A DNA stretch of 64,000 bases. Origin: Nitrosopumilus sp. Lineage in GTDB: Archaea; Thermoproteota; Nitrososphaeria; Nitrososphaerales; Nitrosopumilaceae. The stretch lies in contig OZ244651.1 of the NCBI GenBank assembly GCA_965218695.1, positions 2,395,687 to 2,459,686 of the forward strand, read 5' to 3'. The translations under genes and the position numbers were made by a program. The first letter of the stretch is position 1; each line of letters starts with the position of its first letter. Under the pieces are notes generated by a model, which worked only from the letters and a program-made list of their open reading frames with translations, was not told the DNA's origin and did not search any database. Below, one piece after another: positions 28,118 through 37,851 of the stretch.

Positions 28118-30760
28118 TTACGCTGTCGGGTCTGCGACTCTGCCCATGAAGAGTATGGTGCCGCTCTCGTCGTCGATTATGAAGAACAAGAACGGGCGGT
28201 CTGCCACAAACGACGGGGGTGACGACAGCGTCGTGACCAAGGATGTCACAGCCGCAGCCTCCGTTCCTTCCTCGTTAACGTTCACGTACGCGTCTTGGGT
28301 CGCCTTGCCAATGAACAGCGGTCCGTCTCCCATTCCGGAGAGATCGGAAAGCGATTCGTCAAAGACGTCCGTTATTCCGAGGTGCGGCAGCAACTTTGTC
28401 AGGTCGTACCTGGTCTTTGCCTCGAATTTTGGGATCGAGACGACCATGTCCGCGTTTGACACAAGGTTCCTCCACTCGCCCACGGCAGTATGCGTGATGT
28501 TTCCTTCCAGTGCTGCCAGCCCGCCCCTTTCGTTCGGCAGCACGACCAGCATGGAAAGCCTGTCACCCTTGTATGGCATGCGAAGCACCTGCACGCCGTC
28601 GGCTTTGGCATATTCAAACTCGGCCATGATGTTCATAAAGTCGGCCTTTACGGTGCCGGTGCCGGTCCAAAAGTCCGCCCCGCGTGTGTCTTTCACTGGA
28701 AACTGGTTCGCCCACGTCCCCTTGAAGTATATGGCATTGAGTATTGCAGCCATGCTGAATTCATTCATGTCGTCGGGAGACAGGACCTCAGGTATCTTGC
28801 CCCGCGTCTTCTTGTCCGCCCATCCGTTTATGCGATCTACTGTGCCCTTGTCCGTAAAATCAACAGTCTCAATATCTGCGCGATAGACGCCACGCACAAT
28901 ATCCACGTACTCGCTGCGCGGCACGAGCCGGTCTGCAAGCCACAGCGAGTTTGCCATCTCCAGCGTGGCGTGCGGGTCATAGCGGTTCAGCGACGACATC
29001 GTGTCATGTACGGACTGGTGTCTTGCCGCATCGTCTAGGATCAGTCCAAACGCCTCGCGGATTTGCTCTGCCGTCTCGCCGCGGGCACCCTCATGCAACA
29101 CGGAGAATGCAGCGTGCATGCTAGACGGGGAGAAGAAATGGTTGCCGGCCGTTTCTGCGACTTTCTTGTAAAAGTCCACGGCAAAGGCGTTGTTTGCCGA
29201 GGCTACCCCTGGCGGAATTGGATCCGGCTCCTCGAACGTGAACGACGTGAATCCCCTGCCAAGCAGCATCTCTGCAGATCCCGTAAAGACGCACGCAGGC
29301 GCGCCGGATGGCGATTGCATGAGAACGCGGTCGCCAGTGCAGACTATCCGGTCTGACGAAACCCCTCCTAGCACTTGCTGACGGGGCGTGGGGGGAAGGT
29401 CCGCCTGCGCGGTCAGCTGAAGTATCTGGACGCCCCCGTCGTCGTACGAGGCAACGGCCGCGTAGGTGCGGCCACCTGACTCGAACGTGTCTATGGCAGA
29501 TGCGCCGCCAAGTGTAACTGTGCGCAAATTACCAATGCCGCCGGCAGCGACTATGTCCCCGGGGTCGGTGATGTCGAATACCTGAACGTTATTTTTAAAA
29601 TTCGAGGCAACGGCTGCGTAGGCGCGGCCGTCCACAGTAAACACGCCGGTGTCGCCTGAGTCGAAATATTCGAAACCGCTGTATGTGATGTTGCCTGCCG
29701 TAGCGATCCTGTGGGGGTCGGTGACATCAAGAGTCCAGATGCCGCTGTTTGTGGTGACGGCCGCGTAGGTGCGCCCACCCAATTCGTATACGTCAATGTC
29801 CTCAGTCGAGGGACGGAAGAAGTAGTCGGTGTGGGTGATGCTGTCTGTTGCGGCGATCTCGTAGGGGTTGGACACGTCGAGGATCTGTATGCCGTAATCA
29901 TACAACGATGCAACTGCCGCGTAGGTGCGATCTTTCAGCTTGAAGGTATCTATGTTGGTTGGCCGGCTAAGCACGAGGTCGCCGACGTCTATGATTGTGT
30001 CAGCCTCGATTATATTGTAGGGATCGGTGATGTCAAGTATCTGGATGCCATCATGGGACGATGCAACTGCCGCGTAGGTGCGCCCTTCGGATCCGAATAC
30101 ATCCATGTCCTGCACAAATGCAAGCATGAGTCTGTATGTGTGGGTGATGCTGTCTGCGGCAACAATCTCGTAAGGATCGGTGATGTCAAGTATCTGGATG
30201 CCCTCGTCGCCTTGCGAGATTACTGCCGCGTAGGTGCGCCCTTCGGATCCGAATGTATCTATGTCCAGTGCGCCTTTGAGCACTAGGTCGTCCGTGTCTG
30301 TGATGCTGTCTGCGGCAACAATCTCGTAAGGATCGGTGATGTCAAGTATCTGGATGCCCTCGTCGCCTTGCGAGATTACTGCCGCGTAGGTGCGCCCTTC
30401 GGATCCGAATGTATCTATGTCCAGTGCGCCTTTGAGCACTAGGTCGCCCGTGTCTGTGATGCTGCCGGCCGCATCAAGGCTCAGCACAGTTGAGTGCGTG
30501 GCCCGTACATGGGTGTCATCTGCGGGAACAAATCCCCTGTATGACAGTACTCCTGTCGATGATTCAAACACGCATGCCTGTATGCCAGACGGCGATTGCA
30601 CCAGCACGCGCTCGCCGGCGCATTCCACCTCTTTTACAGGAATTCCCGATTGCGCTTGCTGGAGGGGAGTGGGGATGGATTCGGCGTGGGTTGCTGGAAT
30701 GGCCACGCACAGAACCGCCAGCGCGACTGCCAGCATCGCGGTCTTTATCACGGGGAACAT
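28118..30760 (-). CDS. Secreted multidomain serpin: signal peptide, module, 7 LVIVD-type repeats, module, serpin
   Basis: Seven R(T/A)YAAV...GIQILD repeats; serpin motifs FFSPSS, NAIYFKGTW, EEGTEAAA, FVADRPF; modules at 30530..30667 and 29249..29386. Confidence 0.93.
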   Translation of the reverse strand: MFPVIKTAMLAVALAVLCVAIPATHAESIPTPLQQAQSGIPVKEVECAGERVLVQSPSGIQACVFESSTGVLSYRGFVPADDTHVRATHSTVLSLDAAGSITDTGDLVLKGALDIDTFGSEGRTYAAVISQGDEGIQILDITDPYEIVAADSITDTDDLVLKGALDIDTFGSEGRTYAAVISQGDEGIQILDITDPYEIVAADSITHTYRLMLAFVQDMDVFGSEGRTYAAVASSHDGIQILDITDPYNIIEADTIIDVGDLVLSRPTNIDTFKLKDRTYAAVASLYDYGIQILDVSNPYEIAATDSITHTDYFFRPSTEDIDVYELGGRTYAAVTTNSGIWTLDVTDPHRIATAGNITYSGFEYFDSGDTGVFTVDGRAYAAVASNFKNNVQVFDITDPGDIVAAGGIGNLRTVTLGGASAIDTFESGGRTYAAVASYDDGGVQILQLTAQADLPPTPRQQVLGGVSSDRIVCTGDRVLMQSPSGAPACVFTGSAEMLLGRGFTSFTFEEPDPIPPGVASANNAFAVDFYKKVAETAGNHFFSPSSMHAAFSVLHEGARGETAEQIREAFGLILDDAARHQSVHDTMSSLNRYDPHATLEMANSLWLADRLVPRSEYVDIVRGVYRADIETVDFTDKGTVDRINGWADKKTRGKIPEVLSPDDMNEFSMAAILNAIYFKGTWANQFPVKDTRGADFWTGTGTVKADFMNIMAEFEYAKADGVQVLRMPYKGDRLSMLVVLPNERGGLAALEGNITHTAVGEWRNLVSNADMVVSIPKFEAKTRYDLTKLLPHLGITDVFDESLSDLSGMGDGPLFIGKATQDAYVNVNEEGTEAAAVTSLVTTLSSPPSFVADRPFLFFIIDDESGTILFMGRVADPTA
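30144..30463 (-). repeat. Near-perfect 156-bp tandem duplication (propeller blades 1-2)
   Basis: SITDT(G/D)DLVLKGALDIDTFGSEGRTYAAVISQGDEGIQILDITDPYEIVAAD occurs twice. Confidence 0.92.
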
Positions 30761-30780
30761 TGGGAGGCTCGGTACTTAAA

Positions 30781-31223
30781 TTGGGCCGTTCGCATCGGGG
30801 AAGATCCCGGTGACCTTGCAGGTCTCCTTCGTTGTAGCGGCGCAGCCGGTTGTGGATCCAGGCGGGACACCGTACTCGGACGTCGGGAATCTTTTTCATG
30901 GACATGTTGCACATGCGCACCATGCCCGTGGACGAGACTGCCAAAATTCAGGTACGATGCCCCACATGTGTCCGCAACCGGCTGCGCTGTTACGACGAAA
31001 GAGGATCATGCATTTTCTCAAAGGCTTGCCGTACCTGAACGCCGTGGAAGAATGCCGGCGCTAGGGAAAGTGCAGGCCGCTGGTTTCCGAATATTGTAGG
31101 ATATTTTCTGATATGTGCAGGGCCGTCTCTACGTATTATCGAACGGCGTGGTTCAATCTGGAATTGATCAGATATGTACACAAAAAAACTGACTTAATCC
31201 ACACGAACTTTTGATCTTAGCTA
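30781..31223. mobile_element. Rearranged IS630 relics: two head-to-head 5' fragments plus a 3' end
   Basis: Minus strand RCPAWIHNRLRRY..DLPRCERP; plus strand RCPTCVRNRLRCY then PYLNAVEEC... and TIR AACTTTTGATCTTAGCTA. Confidence 0.8.
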
Positions 31224-31797
31224 TAGGCTTGATTACCATAAATGAACGGAGCCTGGTTAAAGAATAGATTTATTATACATATGAAAAGGGGATGGGTGGA
31301 ACAATGACTACTGACGAATCATTTGTCAGAGGAAAGGTATCCAAGGTATTCATCAAATTTGCATTTCCTTCTGTCCTGACTAGTCTCTTAATGATTAGCA
31401 CGTACTTGGTGGATGGAATATTGATTGGCCAGTTTATTGGGCCAGGCGGACTAGCTGCATTCAACCTAGTCTTTCCAATGTTTAGCTTTTTAGCAGCAAC
31501 TGGCATTGTAATTTCAACTGGAGGTTCTGCACTTATTGGAAAATATCTTGGCGAAAACAGGCTAAAAGACGCAAATCAAGTGTTCAATCTTTCATTAATT
31601 ATGGCTGTTGCTTTTTCAGTTGCTATTTCTGTAACCACATTGTTCTTTGCTGATGATATTACACGGTTTCTTGGCGCAACTGAGTTACTTTTTGATGCGA
31701 CAAAAGAATACTTTACGGTTCTTTCTGTATTCTTTATACTGTTCATTGTAGGAATTTGCCTGCAATATTTTATCAGAAATGAAGGCAATTCAATCTA

Positions 31798-32898
31798 TAC
31801 TGACGATCAAAAGTTTGTGCACAATGCCTCATATTTTCGGCTGGTAAATTTGAGGATGTCAAGCTTGAACCTGGCGGTTCGATAATACAACGAAACTGCC
31901 CGGTGCATGTCCTGAAATGTCCGGTAATATTCCGAGACGAGCAGGACGCGCTTTCCTTGGTGCCAGCATTCCTCCATCGCGTTGAGGTACGGCGAGCCCT
32001 TTGGCAGATAGATCATCTTGACATCCCTGTTGCTGCGCAGAAATTCCTTTACCAGTTTTGAGCGGTGCTGCGGGGCCCGGTCTGCCGTCACTACCACCTT
32101 GCCAAAATGCCGGTGCAGATCCTTGAGGTATCTGACAAACGTGGGTCCGTCAAATTTCTCGTACGTCCGGAAAAACTGCCTGCCGTCTTTTGCGATCGAG
32201 CCGTACGCTGCGATCCTCTTGTGGCTGCCGGTGTACGGCACGCTTATGGGATGGCCCACCAGGGACCAATATTTACGGCCGACTATCACGTCGTGTATGA
32301 AGATTGCCTCGTCCTCCATTACCGTGGTAAATCCCTCCTTTTCTAGGCGTGAAACGCGCTTGTTGAAGCGGTATTTCCAGTTCTGCACGGCCTTTTTGTT
32401 GGCCCTGTTAACATGGACTTTCCGTGGTGCCTTCGGGGACAGGCCGTACTGGTGCATGATCTTCCTGACGTACGTGATGTGAAGCTTTACGCCCGTGTCA
32501 TGGTGTATGTTCTGTTGCAGTTCCGAGGGCGTGATTTTATGGCATGCCGTCTTTGCAATTATTCCGTCGATGACGTCTTGCGGGATCTTTCTGGGCCGTC
32601 CGCATCTGGGAAGATCACGGAGGCCTTGCAGGCCTCCGTCATCGAAGCGGCTCAACCAGTTGCGGACCCAGTTTGGGCTCCGTCCTTGGATGTCGGCAGT
32701 CTCCTCCACGGTCATGTTGAACACGCGAACCATGCGTACCGTGACCATCCTAGCCCGAACCTTGTGGTCTTTTTCTTTTTTGCACGCTTTTTTTAGTTCT
32801 TCCAGTTTGGAGTCGTCCATGTCTCCATGAAAGAAAGTCTGATCTAGAAACTTTGCGGTTGGCTAGGGCATTTGCTCAAAGACTTTTGCGTGTCAGTA
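31798..32898 (-). mobile_element. IS630-family element type C, copy 2
   Basis: Same length and identical protein to 10154..11254; TA duplication. Confidence 0.95.
31807..32820 (-). CDS. IS630 transposase, intact
   Basis: Identical protein to 10163..11176. Confidence 0.95.
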   Translation of the reverse strand: MDDSKLEELKKACKKEKDHKVRARMVTVRMVRVFNMTVEETADIQGRSPNWVRNWLSRFDDGGLQGLRDLPRCGRPRKIPQDVIDGIIAKTACHKITPSELQQNIHHDTGVKLHITYVRKIMHQYGLSPKAPRKVHVNRANKKAVQNWKYRFNKRVSRLEKEGFTTVMEDEAIFIHDVIVGRKYWSLVGHPISVPYTGSHKRIAAYGSIAKDGRQFFRTYEKFDGPTFVRYLKDLHRHFGKVVVTADRAPQHRSKLVKEFLRSNRDVKMIYLPKGSPYLNAMEECWHQGKRVLLVSEYYRTFQDMHRAVSLYYRTARFKLDILKFTSRKYEALCTNF

Positions 32899-33735
32899 TA
32901 TCCAATCAAGGCAACCATGGTATCAGTAGCAATCAACGTTCCAATGACGTATGTTTTCTTGGGGGTTTTAGATATGAGTTTGGGGGCCGCTGCGTTAGGA
33001 AGCGGCATTTCATTGATTGCGAGTACTGCCTTGCTACTTGTATATTTCCTTAGAAAAAAATCCATCATGTCTTATGGCATGCCTTCTTTTGGCTTTTTTA
33101 CAATTAAAAAAATTCTTTACAATGGTTCTTCTGAAGGACTGTCTGAATTTTCTGTCGGCCTAGTCGTACTTTTCTTCAATTTGACCCTGATTCAATATCT
33201 GGGCGAGATAGGAATTGCGGCATTTGCAATCGTATCTCTCACATCTCTTGTTCTCATCATGATCAATGTAGGACTCTCCATGGCTCTTCAGCCCATGGTC
33301 AGCTATAATTTTGGCTCAAAAGAGATACAACGGGTAAAAGACACACTCAAAATATCCATCAAGCTTGCAGTCATAATTGGAGCCGTATTTTATGGCGCAG
33401 TTTTTGTATTTGGAGACTATTTCATAGGGCTATTTAGTGCAGGAGACGAAGAATTGACATCTATCGCGTTTGATGCGATTCGCATATATGGATTGGCATA
33501 CCTCTTCATGGGAATCAGTTATCTCGCTTCCGGATATCTGACTGCGCTTCAGAAACCACAAATCTCACTGGTTATCTCATTATCGTCCAATTTGATTTTT
33601 GTAGTCATCGGTTTGTTAGCATTGCCACGAATCTTTGGAGCGTCTGGAATCTGGTGGGCCGTCCCATTTGCCAGCATTGCAGCGGTTTTTGTCTCGTTCT
33701 ATTTCATAAAAAGAATCAACAGGAGCATGCTTTGA

Positions 33736-33920
33736 ATGGAAAATCAGGATGTCGCAAAAATATCGTAAACAAGCTTTTTGATGCCTGGAACAGCAGGGAT
33801 GTTGATTCCATGTTTGAGCTAATCGGCGATGATGTGAAACTTGTATGTCCGTTAGAACAGTTACACGGAAAGCAGGAATATCTTGAAGGTGCAAAAAAGC
33901 ATTTCCCAGATTCAGTTTAA
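33736..33920 (+). pseudogene. SnoaL/NTF2-like fragment, frameshifted and truncated
   Basis: MENQDVAK, then a shift at A5 to NIVNKLFDAWNSRDVDSMFELIGDDV...HGK...FPD. Confidence 0.7.
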
Positions 33921-34147
33921 TGAAAACATTGGATCAGTATTCTGATGACGAGGACATGCTCTATCTCCCTCCCCTTGCTGAGAGCGTCGCCGGGGGATCC
34001 GGAGTACCTGCCAAGCATTTTTTGACGGCGGCCACGGCTCAACTTCTTGATGGCATCCGGGGACATGTGGACGTGGCGCGGGAAGATATATCTGGCCAGC
34101 GTGGACTTGCCGCTTCCGGCGATGCCGACCATGAGGATTATCTCCAT
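33917..34147 (-). pseudogene. AAA_33/PNK-like P-loop kinase N-terminal fragment
   Basis: MEIILMVGIAGSGKSTLAR...HMSPD; truncated after about 70 aa. Confidence 0.7.
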
Positions 34148-34281
34148 TGGCGGACAGTCAGGCTGGATGCTAATCATTGTTTTGCGCAATCCCCACAAAA
34201 GCCGTCGCGACCCGGCCGGAAACCGTCCCCGACCAAATCGCGCGGCCGCGTTTATTAGGCCGAGTGCCGGGTAGGGGCTCC

Positions 34282-34965
34282 ATGAAGGACGTTGACGAGT
34301 GCGCCGACATGATCCGGCGGGACGAATACGAGAATGCAGTCCGGCACCTGTCAAGGATCGCGATGAACAAGCCAAACGATCCGGAGACAAACATCCTGAA
34401 AGGACTGGCGCTGTACTCTCTGGGCCGGTATCCGGAAGCGCTGGAGGCCTGTGGCGTGGCACTGAATTATGGCGGCGATCTTTCCGAGGAATACGAAGAG
34501 TTGTGGCACAGGTACTACGAAGAGAAAATGCACGACGAGGCACTGGAGTGCAGCCTCGTGGTGTCCCTCATGGACGAGATCATCGTGGGGGCAAAATACG
34601 TGGGGGCAAAGGCGCTGTTTCGGATGGGGGTGCGGAACAAGGCGATTCATGAGATCAATTTCGAGATGAAACTGGATCCGGACGACCCGGCCGAGCACCA
34701 CATCCTGACCATGATCCTGAGCGAGATGTATCACATGGAAGACGCGGGATCGAAAGACGCATCGTCAATCGCGCACATGCACGGTCCGATGTTCCAAGAC
34801 TTTTGGAGCCACCACGAAGAATACAGGGAAAAACTTGAGGAAAGACTCGAGGCGGCCGACTTGGCAGTCGGCATCCACGGGGATGAGGCCGGCAACCAGA
34901 CTCTTCAAAATCGTGGATCTCAGTCAAACCCAATCAGTCTGTACGTGTCAGATCACCTTATCTGA
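34282..34965 (+). CDS. TPR-repeat protein, probably truncated
   Basis: KGLALYSLGRYPEALEAC, AKALFRMG, LDPDDP. Confidence 0.7.
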   Translation: MKDVDECADMIRRDEYENAVRHLSRIAMNKPNDPETNILKGLALYSLGRYPEALEACGVALNYGGDLSEEYEELWHRYYEEKMHDEALECSLVVSLMDEIIVGAKYVGAKALFRMGVRNKAIHEINFEMKLDPDDPAEHHILTMILSEMYHMEDAGSKDASSIAHMHGPMFQDFWSHHEEYREKLEERLEAADLAVGIHGDEAGNQTLQNRGSQSNPISLYVSDHLI

Positions 34966-35020
34966 ACAGAGTCAGCTGCTAACTCACAAACTACTTTAGA
35001 TAAAAAACCCAGCAGTCAGT

Positions 35021-35707
35021 ATGGCCGAGGAGAGTCCAAGGGGCATGGTTCCAAAATTCTTTAACAGTAACGCCGGCTCGTATGACAGAATAGTCAGCTG
35101 GGCCACTTTTGGCAGGGACGGTCTCTGGAAACGCAAAATTTTGGAGCATCTGTCCGACGAAAAGAACGTGTTGGATCTTGCCTGCGGCACGGGCATCCTT
35201 ACAAGACGGATTGCAGAGACGCTGCCGGATGCAGAGATAGTGGGCGTCGACGTCACCTGGCGGTACCTTGAAAAGGCCATGGAGAGGTCGGCCCCGCACC
35301 GAAACATCTCCTTTGTAAACCAGGATGCCGAGAAGCTCAGTCTTGGGGGGAAATTCTCCTGCATCACTGCGTCATACCTGCCAAAATACTGCACGCCGGA
35401 CATCCTGATCAGGAACTGCCTCGACCATCTCGACGTCGGCGGAAAGATAGTTTTGCATGACTTTACGTATCCAAGGGCCGGCCCGGTGCGCAGAATGTGG
35501 GATTTTTATTTCAAGCTGCTGAATTTGGTGGGTCTCTTCACCCCGGGATGGAGACAGGTTTTCGTCGACCTGCCACGCCTGATAAGGGCCTCAAACTGGG
35601 TGCAGGAATACGGGGATGCCATGGAAAGCCACGGACTGGAAATCAGCAGGCAGGATTTGACGTGGGGCTCCTCAGCCGTACTTGTAGGAACCAAGGTAAA
35701 AGGTTAG
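35021..35707 (+). CDS. Class I SAM-dependent methyltransferase (UbiE/MenG-like)
   Basis: F...A.SYD....TFG.D..WK, VLDLACGTG, GVD. Confidence 0.9.
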   Translation: MAEESPRGMVPKFFNSNAGSYDRIVSWATFGRDGLWKRKILEHLSDEKNVLDLACGTGILTRRIAETLPDAEIVGVDVTWRYLEKAMERSAPHRNISFVNQDAEKLSLGGKFSCITASYLPKYCTPDILIRNCLDHLDVGGKIVLHDFTYPRAGPVRRMWDFYFKLLNLVGLFTPGWRQVFVDLPRLIRASNWVQEYGDAMESHGLEISRQDLTWGSSAVLVGTKVKG

Positions 35708-35726
35708 GTTCGCCTCCAACGGATCT

Positions 35727-36173
35727 CTAAATCAACACGTGAGCATAACCGCTTACGGAACCAAGACTGTTTAGGTTTATCTCCTCGAATATGGTAAACC
35801 ATACGGCCCCGTCATGGATGAGCTCGTACTCTCTCGAGGTTATGCCATGACTCGGATGCAGGTTCAGGATTCTCCTGGTTGCGGCGATGCCGTTGACGTT
35901 GAGAATGGTTCCGACGCCGCGCTTCTTCCTCAGGAGCTCGCCCATTACGGATTCGGGCAGCACGGTGGAATCAAACTTTACGCTTGCCTTTATGACAGGC
36001 AGTCCCCGCGCCGTAATCTCGACCTTCCTTACGAACTGGTTGGGCGCAACGGCGTTCTGCTCCACCACATGCAGCTGAACGGCGCAGTCAAGGACCTCCC
36101 CCAGGACCGTGACCACCTGGCCTACGGGGGCGTCCAGTATCCTAGCTAGAAGCATCTCAGAATCCGGCCTCAT
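35727..36173 (-). CDS. Chorismate-pyruvate lyase / DUF98-like protein
   Basis: L.V+EQ, RKV.I, G+G.IL, SREY.+......F.I.E pattern. Confidence 0.6.
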   Translation of the reverse strand: MRPDSEMLLARILDAPVGQVVTVLGEVLDCAVQLHVVEQNAVAPNQFVRKVEITARGLPVIKASVKFDSTVLPESVMGELLRKKRGVGTILNVNGIAATRRILNLHPSHGITSREYELIHDGAVWFTIFEEINLNSLGSVSGYAHVLI

Positions 36174-36571
36174 ACAGTGGTATCCCTTTCACACGAATTA
36201 AAGATACCGTAAGATTACACTGGTACATCTTGGGGTTTTCATGGTTTAAACCGGTAAAATGAGAATATTGTGCATGGATTTTACTGGAATGAAAACTGCT
36301 ACCGCTGAAGGGCACAAACCACACCTTTTTCTTGGTAACAACCGTCACACCATTCTACGTGGGAAATTCGGTAGATCGAGATGCTCCGTAACACCTTCAG
36401 GCCTATTCGGTAGATTTGCCTAGTGGTGTGTTTTGAGTCATCCTCCTCCACTTGTTCTTGCCGTCAGCCACGATCTTTGAGACCCTGTGCAGGGATCCGA
36501 TGATAACACAACAAGCCTGAAAATCACGCCTCATGATCAGTCGGTACGGCAAAAACCAGGTCTCGAAGATG

Positions 36572-37258
36572 TTACAGAACCCGTAAGATAAAAAAGCCGG
36601 CCGTGCCAAACATCACCGCGAAGCTTGTAGCCTTGAGAACCGCCTCCTTCTTGTAGTACGACCCGTGGCTCGCATTCCGATGCTTCAGCTCCTTGTACTT
36701 TCTGGACGTGGTTATGAGGACGTAGCTTGCAAGTCCCGCAACCGCTGAAAGCGTCACGGTCTCGACGGACACGGCGTTTGACTGGATTGCGGCGCCGGCA
36801 AAGACAGGCAGGACCCCCCAGGCTACGACGAATGATGCGTTGTTGTGAAATTTCCCGCGAAATAGTTCCAGATTGTATGCCAAAAGAAAAAACACCTCGA
36901 TGGCCCCTATCGGGAATAGCAGCCAAGAATCCAAAAACGCATAGTACAGCCCGATGGAAAGGGAGGCAGTCAGGGAAATTACGGATGCGAGCCAGAGCTT
37001 CGACGGCGATATGCGGCCCCAAGGCTTTTTTTTGCTTCCTAATGCGTCAAGGCAGTGCGCAGATATCCCTATTGCAAGGAAATAGAGCAGGCAGACTGAC
37101 ACCAGCCTGTCAAGACTGAAATCCACCGAGAGGGAGCCCCACACGGTAAAGGATACCACCATCCCGGTGTAGGGCAGAAACAGGATTCCTACCGACAGTC
37201 GGAAATTCCTAGGGCCGAATTTGGGCACGAACCATTCAGACAGCCTGTCATTTTGCAT
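36572..37258 (-). CDS. Multi-pass membrane protein, UbiA prenyltransferase-like
   Basis: Hydrophobic; LFLPYTGM, AHCLDAL, AYNLE.F.G.FH, WG.LP. Confidence 0.7.
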   Translation of the reverse strand: MQNDRLSEWFVPKFGPRNFRLSVGILFLPYTGMVVSFTVWGSLSVDFSLDRLVSVCLLYFLAIGISAHCLDALGSKKKPWGRISPSKLWLASVISLTASLSIGLYYAFLDSWLLFPIGAIEVFFLLAYNLELFRGKFHNNASFVVAWGVLPVFAGAAIQSNAVSVETVTLSAVAGLASYVLITTSRKYKELKHRNASHGSYYKKEAVLKATSFAVMFGTAGFFILRVL

Positions 37259-37851
37259 TATTTTTCAATGGTGCCCATACATTAAACGGTTTAGCACACT
37301 GCAGATCTTTGGAATTTTCCCGAACTGCCGGCATCCGTCTCAGAGCGACTGCCGCTGTCGGTGCAGGTTACGTCCGCACGTTCCAATAATCCGCATCGAG
37401 ATGGATGCGGGCAGCGGACAGAACCGGACGGTCACATGCCCGGCGTACCTCGCTGGCCAAGACCCGGCCGGTTCCACGGTCGCCGTCATTTGCAAAGGCA
37501 GGTCGCTGCCAGGCAAAAGCAACGTCGTAACTACCATGAACGCCTGCCTGATCAGACTTTCATGTACTGTGTCAAAGGCGCTGCTCAACATTATGCGTAG
37601 TGCACGACAGAATAGAAGCCATGCGTAATCCCTCCATTTCGTTGGGTTAAACCAGAAAAACCCAGAAAATATTAAAAATTCTGATTTAATTCTCGCCATG
37701 TTAGCCATGTGGGGATCCTGTCCTGCCAGAAATACAAAATAACGTGCGCAACCTTGCAGCACCACGATGTGCACGGAATTAATTGTTTGAAACGGCGCTG
37801 CCGGGGACGTTTGCCTCTTCCCAGTTTATTACCGGCCCCAGCGTGCTACCT

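Larger units (their letters stand above)
31292..33735 (+). pseudogene. MATE-family efflux transporter interrupted by IS630-C
   Basis: FAFPS...YLVDG..IG, QP.VSYNFG; removing the IS restores NEGNSIYPIKATM. Confidence 0.93.

Noticed and set aside
37297-37612. Possible ISH3 transposase C-terminal relic
   Set aside because: Only a vague resemblance to the ISH3 tails, with no identifiable TIR or TSD.
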